Source of the DNA: an uncultured delta proteobacterium
GTDB lineage: Bacteria; Desulfobacterota; Desulfomonilia; UBA1062
Assembly (NCBI GenBank): GCA_963798485.1
Contig: CAWCTR010000007.1
Location: 384,001 to 448,000, forward strand
Direction of reading: 5' to 3'
Length of the DNA: 64,000 nucleotides
Shown here piece by piece: positions 1 through 8,274 of this stretch. The notes beneath the pieces were generated by a model. The model worked only from the letters and a program-made list of their open reading frames with translations. It made no database searches and was not told the origin of the DNA. The stretch's first letter is position 1; the number at the start of each line of letters is the position of its first letter. Position numbers and translations under genes: made by a program.

Positions 1-88
1 TGTGCCAGTTAATAGCACTCAAAAAACATATGCTGCTCTGAGCAGGTAGATGATGGATAATGCCGCACCTTACGTAATCTGTTGAGCA

Positions 89-698
89 TCATTTCAACTG
101 ACTGACGCCCACTGATTTATCAACTCCATCAACCTTCATTTTAAATCCACCGCCATACCGGAAGATTATTACTCCCGGCATGAAAGCGTAATGGTAGCAG
201 TAGTAATATTCGCTCTGCTGCCATATCTGCCCATTGGTCAGCTTCACGATAGTCTCTCCTTCCCATCCTTTGAAATCACCGTCTATTTTGCATTCGATTA
301 CTTCCGAAGAAGGTTCTTTTTGTGATTCAGATTTTGCTGATTCCAAAGACCTAGCCTGCTGAAGAAAGCCGAAGAGTTGTAGCGTTTGATCGGGACTTAA
401 TCTACGGTTCTGAGATATATTTACAATATCCTGAGAAGTGACTCCGTAAGCCCCTTCACTCTTAATCATAACAAAGAGATCGTTCATTGCAGCTTTTAAT
501 CTCTGTTTATTCAGAGTCGCAGAAAGATCATCCATTGATTTGGTGAAAGAATCAGTCTCCTCTCTTAATCTGCCGATTGGCTTCTTCACTTCCCACAAGC
601 CTTCCCATAGCCCACCTCCGGCATGAATGACTCGATGACCAGAACCATACGGTGGCTGATGCCAATATGAGCAGTACAATGATTTGTGCCTTCTTCAC
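89..698 (-). pseudogene. Probable frameshifted secreted hypothetical protein
   Basis: GTG at 698 (after a GAGGGGG RBS) opens a signal-peptide-like VKKAQIIVLLILASATVWFWSS that stops early. The long 89-679 frame carries the rest, ending in a compact IDGDFKGWEGETIVKLTNGQIWQQ domain. Confidence 0.5.
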
Positions 699-817
699 GA
701 CTTACATGCCCCCTCATAAGGAAGATGGACTTAACCATTAGAGATGTTGTTTGCCTAATTATATAAGATTATGATCTATTTAATGGATTATGGCAACAAT
801 AACACATACCATTATTT

Positions 818-1366
818 TCACTTGCCAGTATACCTCTCCGAATGCCCCTTATGCTCGTTGAAGTTCTGGATATACCTGTCCACCAAAGGCTTGTTCCCTT
901 TCATGATCAAGAGGTTCTCTGCATTGTTCTCCTCTGCTGCCTTGGTGAAGTTGAATGACCCCGTGATCAAGGTGACCCGGTCTATCACCATGATCTTGTT
1001 ATGAGCTATCGCATGGGCTGAGTCGATATAAGTTGGTATCCCAGCATGAGCGACAAAGTCAGCAGATGAATACTTCTGAGAGCGTTGCCCTTTATCCAAG
1101 ATCACCTCTATCTTGATTCCTCTCTTCCAGGCATCGACAAGGGCCTTGGCTATGGGCTTGCTTGTGAAGGAATATGCCTGAACAAGGATCTCTGATCTTG
1201 CCCCGTTGATCTCTTGCACAATGGCTTCTGTAGCACCACCACGAGGGGAGAAGTAGGCATCTATAGTGCCGATTGCCTTGAACTGCTCAGCATGGGCCGA
1301 TATAGGTAGGATCGAAATAATCAGACAGCAGGTGAGGAGAATGAGTCTGGGTGCAATGTATTTCAT
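818..1366 (-). CDS. Secreted phospholipase D-family (Nuc-like) endonuclease
   Basis: Signal peptide, YFSPRGG, single HKD motif HNKIMVID, GSFNFT...NAEN. Confidence 0.9.
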   Translation of the reverse strand: MKYIAPRLILLTCCLIISILPISAHAEQFKAIGTIDAYFSPRGGATEAIVQEINGARSEILVQAYSFTSKPIAKALVDAWKRGIKIEVILDKGQRSQKYSSADFVAHAGIPTYIDSAHAIAHNKIMVIDRVTLITGSFNFTKAAEENNAENLLIMKGNKPLVDRYIQNFNEHKGHSERYTGK

Positions 1367-1445
1367 GATGTGCCTCTCTTAAGATGTATGTGTCTATGGG
1401 ATATACGATTTTACCACGGGAAGGAATAGGCTGTTTCAGGCCTTC

Positions 1446-1718
1446 GCCTCTGTTTCTGTCTGTAGTAACATATAATATTCCAAGCATGTCCATGAACTGG
1501 CTTCCCTGCTGATGATGTAGCAATCCACATATCACAATATTGCCTTGCCCAAACATGCGTATAACTAGTTTTCATACCGTCAAGCGGTGATGAACAGGAT
1601 GGAATAAATAATACTGAGTTTATTCGTAATATTAGAGATAATCCCAGTATCAATCCACCGATGTCTTCCTTATGGCTCATGCTCTTGAGCGTAGATTGAA
1701 ATATGGTGCCGATGTGCG
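1446..1718. repeat. ~270-bp diverged direct repeat, copy 1 (copy 2 at 11846-12117)
   Basis: Aligns by eye from GCCTCTGTTTCTGTC to TATGGTGCCGAT; both copies lie about 100 bp before an att core. Confidence 0.9.
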
Positions 1719-1755
1719 CTTAATGTGAACACCATTATTTTGAATCATCCAATCT

Positions 1756-1841
1756 TGCGGAGTAGCGCAACGGTAGCACCCTACCTGCAAAGCATGGCTG
1801 TGACTTATTGGTCGAGGGTTCAAATCCCTCCTCCGCTACCA
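1756..1841 (+). tRNA. tRNA-like / pseudo-tRNA containing the att core
   Basis: Acceptor stem GCGGAG/CTCCGC, perfect T-arm GAGGG-TTCAAAT-CCCTC, encoded CCA, D-arm-like TAGCGCAACGGTAGC. The anticodon stem around CTGCAAA pairs poorly. 86 nt. Confidence 0.55.
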
Positions 1842-1842
1842 T

Positions 1843-1900
1843 TAACTTATTGATATTATTAATGGTTAGTATTTGTTTTGGCTCCCCGTGTCTTCCCCGT
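1843..1900. promoter_or_regulatory. att arm: IHF site plus paired integrase arm-type sites
   Basis: TAACTTATTGATA (1843-1855) matches the IHF consensus YAANNNNTTGATW. TCCCCGT occurs twice 11 bp apart (1883, 1894); the same pair recurs at 12151 and 12162. Confidence 0.7.
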
Positions 1901-3022
1901 AATCGGTATTACATTCCGTTCAAGCAGTTCACGCTTCTTCGCAATACTTGCCCTTGCATAAGCCTCCGTTGAAGAGTAGCTAGCCCAATCTCCGGCCACC
2001 TGGAGATCACTCCTTGACATCCCTTCCTCGTTGTACATTTGTGAAGCCCTGCTGGTCTTGGTGCCACGATATACATCTATGTTTTCACCAGCCTTCTCAC
2101 AGGCCTCTTTCCATATCTTTCTATATTGCCTCTCTGTGTACCGTTTACCCTCAAGCCTTGATTCGGCGCATGTGAAGAAGTAAGGCCCGAATGATTTTGG
2201 CATGGAGTCCATATATGGCTTGAACTCAGAGTGACAGGGTATCACATGGATATCACCTGTCTTGGTTCGATCAACCACCTTGCTATCACTTACCCCTCTG
2301 CGTATGATGAATGCGTCTTGAGCTTGGTCATAGTCAATCTTCTGTAATGCCATGGCTTCACCCGGTCGTCTGAGGTGCAGATATAACCACATGAAGAAGG
2401 GTTTGTGCTCTGTGGGGATCTCCTTTATCACGGCGTAGTATCTATCACTTGGCAGCCATTCGATAGGCTTTTGTCTGATATCGTATAGACTCTTTTCAGG
2501 GAAAGGCGGAACAGCAAGAATACGCTCAGACTTCCATGCATACCTGAGGCAGCATCGAAGCGTATCGACTACGTTCTTTTTGTTATTCCCTGATCCTGGC
2601 ACCCAGTTGAGAAGCTTAACGAGGGTATCATATCGAATCTCATGAAGCATGATAGGGTTCTCCTTGAAGAATGGAATCAGGTGAACATTGACAGCAGTCT
2701 TATACTTCTTGTAACCACCAGGGGTCAACGTAGGCCGTCTATCCTCAAGCCACTGCTCCATATATGGGATGATGTCAGCAAGGTGTTCACCGAGATACTT
2801 CTCGATGCGTAGGATTCCCCGCTCTTCATCTCCCTGTATAAGGGCAAGGAGCTTCTCGGCCTTCTTGTAACCTATATCGCTCTTCTTGTCTGGGTGCCTC
2901 TGGTACATTGGATCTGATTCCCCAAGATATTTCGATATCTTATACACTCTGCCCTGCTGAGACCAGTTGACAATCCAGTATGGTATCCGCACATCCTTCC
3001 GAAGCGTAATAGAGCCCTTCAT
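1859..3022 (-). CDS. Tyrosine recombinase / phage-type integrase
   Basis: LRRPGEAMAL (R-I), TKT (K) and C-terminal STEAYA (Y). ATG at 3022 follows a GGAGGG RBS (the ORF track starts at 3133). Points toward the att site. Confidence 0.9.
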   Translation of the reverse strand: MKGSITLRKDVRIPYWIVNWSQQGRVYKISKYLGESDPMYQRHPDKKSDIGYKKAEKLLALIQGDEERGILRIEKYLGEHLADIIPYMEQWLEDRRPTLTPGGYKKYKTAVNVHLIPFFKENPIMLHEIRYDTLVKLLNWVPGSGNNKKNVVDTLRCCLRYAWKSERILAVPPFPEKSLYDIRQKPIEWLPSDRYYAVIKEIPTEHKPFFMWLYLHLRRPGEAMALQKIDYDQAQDAFIIRRGVSDSKVVDRTKTGDIHVIPCHSEFKPYMDSMPKSFGPYFFTCAESRLEGKRYTERQYRKIWKEACEKAGENIDVYRGTKTSRASQMYNEEGMSRSDLQVAGDWASYSSTEAYARASIAKKRELLERNVIPITGKTRGAKTNTNH

Positions 3023-3272
3023 GCATACCCCTCCCTCGAATTTATGTGAGGGAAGGGTATACTCTGTCTGGGAAAACATCAATGCTTGTGCAGCATCGAT
3101 GCTCCCAGATCTGCATGTGGACTCAGTCTGCAAAGTTAGTAATACCTCCGTCTATGGCAGCAGGGGGCTGCGCTGGGTGAAGTTTCCGTTTCAACTCGAA
3201 TCAGTGCTTCATCGATTTCCATCAAGGAATGATGGAACTTTAAGAACTACTTGAAATTATAAGGTGAATCTC

Positions 3273-3823
3273 ATAACCTATTGGAATATAATGATTTATA
3301 TGCGTTCCCAACAAAATCCTAACAAGTTCCCAACAAATCCTAACAGACCCAACAAATCCTAACATTGTCGTATTAAACATCATAATACATTGGATTCAAT
3401 ATAACTTAGTGCGTTCCGAACAAAATCCGAACACGTTCCGAACAAATCCGAGCAATCCGAACATTTCCGAACATTCCCATCATGGTTACGGGATGAAACA
3501 CTTAACTATATGAAATATAATACCTTTCTGTCACTCTCAACAAAGTCTCAACAAACTTTCAACAACTCTCAACACTCTCAACAACTTTCAACAATCCCAT
3601 CATGGTTACAGGATTAACCCACTTAACCTATTGGAATATATTGATTATATGTGTTCTGAACAAAATGTGAACACGTTCTGAACAAATCCAAACAATGTGA
3701 ACAAATCCAAACAATCCCATCAAGGATACCGGATGATTCCACTAAACCGATGGAAATATAATGTCTTTCTGAGCAACCTCACAGATTCCTCACAAATTCT
3801 GACAAACCTCACAGATCCTCACA
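3273..3823. repeat. Higher-order array: five ~120-bp modules of IHF-like header plus phased octamers
   Basis: Octamer runs start at 3306, 3415, 3535, 3655 and 3776. Spacing is 11-11-10-9-10 in modules 1-4 and 11-10-9-10 in module 5. The CCCATCA linker recurs at exactly 120-bp intervals (3476, 3596, 3716). Confidence 0.95.
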
Positions 3824-3984
3824 TTGTCATAAGTATGACCCTCACGCTCTCCCCTGCTGGTGACAAAGCCAGTAGTAGAGCGGGCCGCAACAAGACGGCC
3901 CGAAAGTATATAGAGTCTATTGCAGCAGTGGGTGGGGAAGTGTAGTGTCTCTGTGTAGCATTTCGGTACTAATCATTCCTGATG

Positions 3985-4025
3985 ACCTACATAATATAAT
4001 TTTTAAATCATTATTTTATGTAGGT
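3985..4025. other. AT-rich inverted repeat
   Basis: ACCTACATAATATAAT / ATTATTTTATGTAGGT: 16-bp arms, one mismatch, 9-nt loop, just downstream of the wHTH gene. Confidence 0.7.
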
Positions 4026-4037
4026 GCTCAATATTGA

Positions 4038-4406
4038 TTACCTATACTCTTTCCAGCTATCGACAAGCCTGTATGTTGCCAATGTATTCCTCTTTTTTCC
4101 CATTACTCCTTTTCGTGCTCTCCGTAGGAAGCCTTTTTCAATCAGATCTGCAATATGCCTAGTGAACGAGGCGCTGCTTATCCCCAACCCTTTCGCTCTT
4201 GCAGCAGGGAAGGGATAAGGCCCCTCGTCATAGACAGGCTTTCCTTCTGAGTCAGCCGTAAATGTCCTCCAGTGAAGGAATTCCATAAGCACATACCGGG
4301 CATCCCCACTAAGAGCCCTGAACGCCCTTGAATGGAACATATCCCTTTCTATGAAGAGGCGAGGAGCTTTGCCCTTCCATTCGTCAGCAATGTCTATCAG
4401 TTTCAT
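4038..4406 (-). CDS. Small winged-HTH protein, replication-initiator-like
   Basis: AFRALSGDARYVL...AKGLGISSASFTRHIADLIEKGFL...TYRL pattern; ATG at 4406 after AAGGAG. Confidence 0.65.
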   Translation of the reverse strand: MKLIDIADEWKGKAPRLFIERDMFHSRAFRALSGDARYVLMEFLHWRTFTADSEGKPVYDEGPYPFPAARAKGLGISSASFTRHIADLIEKGFLRRARKGVMGKKRNTLATYRLVDSWKEYR

Positions 4407-4500
4407 ACTCCTTGCCTCTCTCTCCCTGCTGTCGTAGTAGCCCCGTGGCCTAGTATTCCAGAGCTGCTCCAACTAAGTTTGTATTCTCCATAGCCCTGAC

Positions 4501-4882
4501 ATACACCTCGGCAAGCAATATTCACAAGGGCGATATTACATGATGGCAAATATACTGATAAAAAAGGGGCTCCGATGATAGTCGTCACTCCTTCTACACG
4601 CTCCTCCACTAGCAAGCATGTATCGCTGGTAAGCACGAGTCTTGCGGTACTTGACGACTTTTTTCATGTATGACCCCCTTTCTGGCCTAAACATACACCT
4701 TGGCAATCAATATCATAAGCACAAAAAGACTATAATGGAAAATAATTTGCAATGGTGTTGCCATGATCGCCGTGACCTCCTTTTTGGCTTAACCATACAT
4801 CTTGGCAAAGAAAGTTGTGAACACAAAGTGATCACTGTTGAAAATGTATTTTACTCTCTAGCCTGACAATACACCTTGGAAA
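4501..4882. repeat. Dispersed 14-bp motif ATACACCTTGGCAA (candidate operators)
   Basis: Copies at 4501, 4535 (variant), 4693, 4795 and 4869; an inverted pair at 5478-5508 lies upstream of the XRE gene. Confidence 0.65.
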
Positions 4883-4966
4883 TTAAATTGGTTCGTGCAA
4901 ACTGATACAGTATTAATTTCCTTGCTGTATTTCGAGTTAATGGTTGGTGAGCTCTGGCTTGTCCGG

Positions 4967-5365
4967 CTACTTCTCCAAGCTTGCAAGAATGCCTTGTAAT
5001 ACAGGTGTCAGGTTATAACCACGCTTAAGGATTTGGTCGATCAGTTCATTAACCTTCGTGTTGGAGAGAACCCTTGCAACCCTCCAGAATCCCTTTTCCC
5101 TCGGATCATCATAGCCCTGTCCGTCATAGATGTCAGTTGCTGTTATGACACCACCTTCAATAAAGCTTATGAGGTAATAAGCCGTTAAAGGCTTCCTGTA
5201 CTTGGATGTCTGAGCATTCTTCGATAACAGATCTGATAACCTGGAGTTGGGGAACCCCAGCTTAATCGATAGTTCCAACTGGTTCATATTGTTCTTATGC
5301 AGATAGTCACGAACCAGAATGCCAAACTTCTCTTGTAATCTTGATAGATTAACCTTGTTCAACAT
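4967..5365 (-). CDS. XRE/Cro-like HTH transcriptional regulator
   Basis: MNQLELSIKLGFPNSRLSDLL HTH; GGAGG RBS. Confidence 0.7.
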   Translation of the reverse strand: MLNKVNLSRLQEKFGILVRDYLHKNNMNQLELSIKLGFPNSRLSDLLSKNAQTSKYRKPLTAYYLISFIEGGVITATDIYDGQGYDDPREKGFWRVARVLSNTKVNELIDQILKRGYNLTPVLQGILASLEK

Positions 5366-5736
5366 AGCGACCTCCGGTGTAAGTATGATCTATATGAAGA
5401 GCTGCAAGCAGTCAATGCATGAGATTGCCACTGTGTAAATATGATCATATTTGGAGGTCGTGGAGAGTAGGTATAGTTTGCCATGATGTAATCCATCAAC
5501 CTTGGCAAAGAATCCTCACCACCGAGCTATTACGAGCCTGGAATAGGCCTGTGATTTGTGGAGGTCTTGCATATAGATCACCATTTATTTTATGTGCAAA
5601 GCTGATCACGTATCATAGGTATCTATTATTTCTTCAATGGAAGTGCATTATTTTGAATGCCTAATTGATTTTTATACGGTAAGATATCATCATTGTATCT
5701 TTTTGACAGCTGGTGGCTACTTTCAAGGGGGGCAAG

Positions 5737-6258
5737 ATGAAGCATCCACTAACCCTTATTGTCGGTTGCGCTTTTCTCTTTTTTGTTGCTGGCTGCGCTA
5801 CGCCATACCAACCCGTTGGTCTCGGAGGAGGGTATTCCGAAACGCAGCTAGCTCCTGATGTTTTTCGTGTCAACGTGAGGGGCAATGGATACACCTCAAA
5901 CGAACGTGCACAAGACTTCGCTCTTCTACGGGCAGCTGAACTGACCTTGCAGCATGGATTCAAGTATTTTGCCATAATCGATGAATCTTCATCCACCGAT
6001 GTCAGTACATATTCGACACCAGGCTCATCCCAGACCACTGGATCTTCCACCGGCACAGCAAATGTGTATGGAAACTATGGAACCTACCAAGGCACTTACT
6101 CAGGAACTACCACTTACAATCCACCTCAGACCTACAATATCCACAAGCCACGAAGCTCTATCTCTGTCCGATGCTTTGCTGACAAACCAGACTCAACTTA
6201 CACTTTTGACGCAGTATTCTTGCAACAATCAATAAGTCAGAAATATGGAATCAAGTAA
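5737..6258 (+). CDS. Lipoprotein (CC0125/CC1285-like)
   Basis: Lipobox VAGC, then ATPYQP...GGYSE...RGNGYT...ALLRAAELTL. Confidence 0.75.
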   Translation: MKHPLTLIVGCAFLFFVAGCATPYQPVGLGGGYSETQLAPDVFRVNVRGNGYTSNERAQDFALLRAAELTLQHGFKYFAIIDESSSTDVSTYSTPGSSQTTGSSTGTANVYGNYGTYQGTYSGTTTYNPPQTYNIHKPRSSISVRCFADKPDSTYTFDAVFLQQSISQKYGIK

Positions 6259-6341
6259 CTGGCTTTCAGTCGATAACGTGTCACAGCAAATGTTTTGCAT
6301 ATACTGAAGGTTATGAGAGAAGATCTCTATGGGCTACGTGA

Positions 6342-6962
6342 TTAATTGCTTGAGTCCAATGCCTTGGCATTTCTCTTCGCCCTGACAAGCGTTGACACAC
6401 TCAGACCAGTCTCTAAGGCAACATCATTGTAGCTCTTCCCCTGCTGGAGTAGGGCAAGACCATTCCCCACCTTGTCAGCTTCTCTCCTTGGTCTTCCACC
6501 AATTCTTCCCTTTGCCCTTGCATTGGCAAGCCCTGACTTGACACGCTCACGAATAAGCTCAAGCTCGAACTCAGCTATCAAGGATAGCATTCCTGCCATC
6601 ATTCTCCCTGCTGGTGTGGTCATGTCTACTTGACCAGGTGCCACGAAAGCTACTCCCAGGTGTTTCAATTCATCAACTGTATTCACAAGGTCTTTAGTAG
6701 ATCGACTCCACCTATCCAAGGATAAGACCAGGATAGCATCAATCTCCCTCTTGCGTGCCATGTTGAGGATCTTCTCACGTTCTGGTTTCTTCTCTGCTGC
6801 ACCACTTATCTTTTCCTCGAACTCTATGACTATCTCCCAGCCTCTTGCCTCTGCATGTGCTCGAAGGTCTTTGAGTTGTCTATCCACTGATTGATCCTTT
6901 GTCGATACCCTGGTGTAAATCGCCACTCGCTCCACTTTCCCTACTTTCTTGGGCATGGTCAA
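6342..6962 (-). CDS. Serine recombinase (resolvase/invertase family)
   Basis: YTRVST catalytic motif, LDRWSRS, GRIGGRP and a C-terminal HTH. Confidence 0.93.
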   Translation of the reverse strand: MTMPKKVGKVERVAIYTRVSTKDQSVDRQLKDLRAHAEARGWEIVIEFEEKISGAAEKKPEREKILNMARKREIDAILVLSLDRWSRSTKDLVNTVDELKHLGVAFVAPGQVDMTTPAGRMMAGMLSLIAEFELELIRERVKSGLANARAKGRIGGRPRREADKVGNGLALLQQGKSYNDVALETGLSVSTLVRAKRNAKALDSSN

Positions 6963-6964
6963 AA

Positions 6965-7110
6965 ACCTCCTTAAAATGATGTCTGGAAATCAAGCACTGA
7001 TGCAGAGGGTATCACACAAATCACTGATGGTCAAATACAATTGATTATGACCAATCAAGGAGACAGCCCCAGCAGGGTATCAAGAAGACTGATTGTATTG
7101 AAATGATATA
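6965..7110. promoter_or_regulatory. Probable res site
   Basis: Imperfect palindromes upstream of the resolvase, e.g. TGGTCA (7028) ... TGACCA (7048), plus repeated GGGTATCA and ACTGAT half-sites. Confidence 0.5.
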
Positions 7111-7270
7111 GGTCGATAGAGCGATGACAACAATCGGGATGATGTCCTTGGTAGGGCTGATACAACTAAGGCTTACCACCGAGCGGCTACGAGCTGGGAA
7201 TTGTGATGCAAGGACTGGGAAGATACCATTGCCAAGAAGGAAGGATTGTACAGACAGAATGAATTCCTTG

Positions 7271-7397
7271 GATTCCTGGCCCTTAGTTTGACCCCCCCTG
7301 GCACCCCCTGGCAGAAAAGGCCCACCCCATAGAGTCTCCTTCTATGTATCCCTATGTGCTTGTGTGCCTGTCTGGAGGTAACCCCAATATTTTCCAA
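7271..7397. repeat. ~130-bp diverged direct repeat, copy A (copy B at 9812-9944)
   Basis: Shared GATTCCT..TTGACCCCCCC..TAGAGWCTCCTTYTATGTATCCCTATG..GCCTGTCTG..TTTCCAA. Confidence 0.85.
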
Positions 7398-7453
7398 AAT
7401 CTAATCGCATTAAAAAAGCAGGGACTGAGATTTACCGTGCTTTTACAAGCTTA

Positions 7454-8239
7454 TTAACAGCAATGATATTTATTGAGCTTCTTCCTGAATCCAATAAGCC
7501 CGAGCAACCCTGACCCGAAGAGACGTATGCTTGCCGGTATCGGGGTAGCTGTTGCCTCGGCGACTGTGCTGCCGTTGGCATAGAGGGTGAGAATGGCGGA
7601 GTAAGGGGTGCCGTTTGCACCCGGTGCAACCGTGGCAATATTGAAATGGTAGAGGTACATGGTCACGGAAGCGCCAGTATCGAGGGCTGCAAGGTTGGCC
7701 TCGCCAATCTGACTGACCCTATTCAATCCTCCAAAAGCGCCGGGAGCAGTTCCATTCTGATCCATTTTCGCCCTGTATGAATCTGAGTTGCCTGGGTCTG
7801 CATCTACGATCTGGTTTGTGACCCCATTGAGGTTTGTGCGGTAGTAGGTGTTGGCAACAAAGTTATAAGCATTACTAAAGGCAATCAAGAAAGTATTATT
7901 GATTGACGGCCTTACATTCTGCGTGGTTGCAAAATATTCTTGATGGGGAGTAGAACCACTACTACCGCTGTAGGCAAAGAACCCAACACTCAGATTCGAC
8001 CAGCTGGATGCCTGGAGTGCGCTGAGATTGATGCTGTTCGCCCCGGCAAGAGTCAATGGGTTACTACTGAGTGTGTCAAGTCCTAAGGTGGTTAGATCGC
8101 CGAGATCAATAGCACGTTCTGCCGTAGTTCCATTGTACACTACCTCTATAAGATGGTTGTTCTCGAAATAGGCAAATGCCTGAGAGGAAATGGCTGTCAT
8201 GAGCACGATGGTTGGCACTATTATAAATAATAATTTCAT
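7454..8239 (-). CDS. VPLPA/PEP-CTERM-type surface protein
   Basis: Signal peptide from MKLLF (GGAGG RBS), low-complexity body, C-terminal TPIPASIRLFGSGLLGLIGFRKK. Confidence 0.85.
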   Translation of the reverse strand: MKLLFIIVPTIVLMTAISSQAFAYFENNHLIEVVYNGTTAERAIDLGDLTTLGLDTLSSNPLTLAGANSINLSALQASSWSNLSVGFFAYSGSSGSTPHQEYFATTQNVRPSINNTFLIAFSNAYNFVANTYYRTNLNGVTNQIVDADPGNSDSYRAKMDQNGTAPGAFGGLNRVSQIGEANLAALDTGASVTMYLYHFNIATVAPGANGTPYSAILTLYANGSTVAEATATPIPASIRLFGSGLLGLIGFRKKLNKYHCC

Positions 8240-8274
8240 ATTGTTAACCTCCATGGACACCCTTTGTTGTGATG

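Noticed and set aside
1287-1680. ORFs 1411-1680 and 1287-1556 as genes
   Set aside because: The 1411-1680 frame is broken in the second repeat copy; 1287-1556 has no recognisable motif and overlaps the PLD gene.
1756-1841. Functional tRNA-Cys call
   Set aside because: The anticodon stem has only about 3 of 5 pairs, and the acceptor end does not look like tRNA-Cys.
3273-3823. CRISPR array
   Set aside because: There is no constant repeat with unique spacers; the variable parts are themselves internally repetitive, and no cas genes are present in the window.
3217-3823. CsrB/RsmZ-like GGA sponge RNA
   Set aside because: There is one AGGAA-loop hairpin near 3217-3237 and some minus-strand GGA, but module 3 octamers lack GGA and the octamers are not in stem-loops.
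3697-3945. 82-aa ORF overlapping the array
   Set aside because: It merely translates the repeats, has no RBS, and the module spacings are not multiples of three.
4501-4882. TTGGCA motifs as sigma-54 promoters
   Set aside because: The required GC is absent 10 nt after the GG in the four main copies checked.
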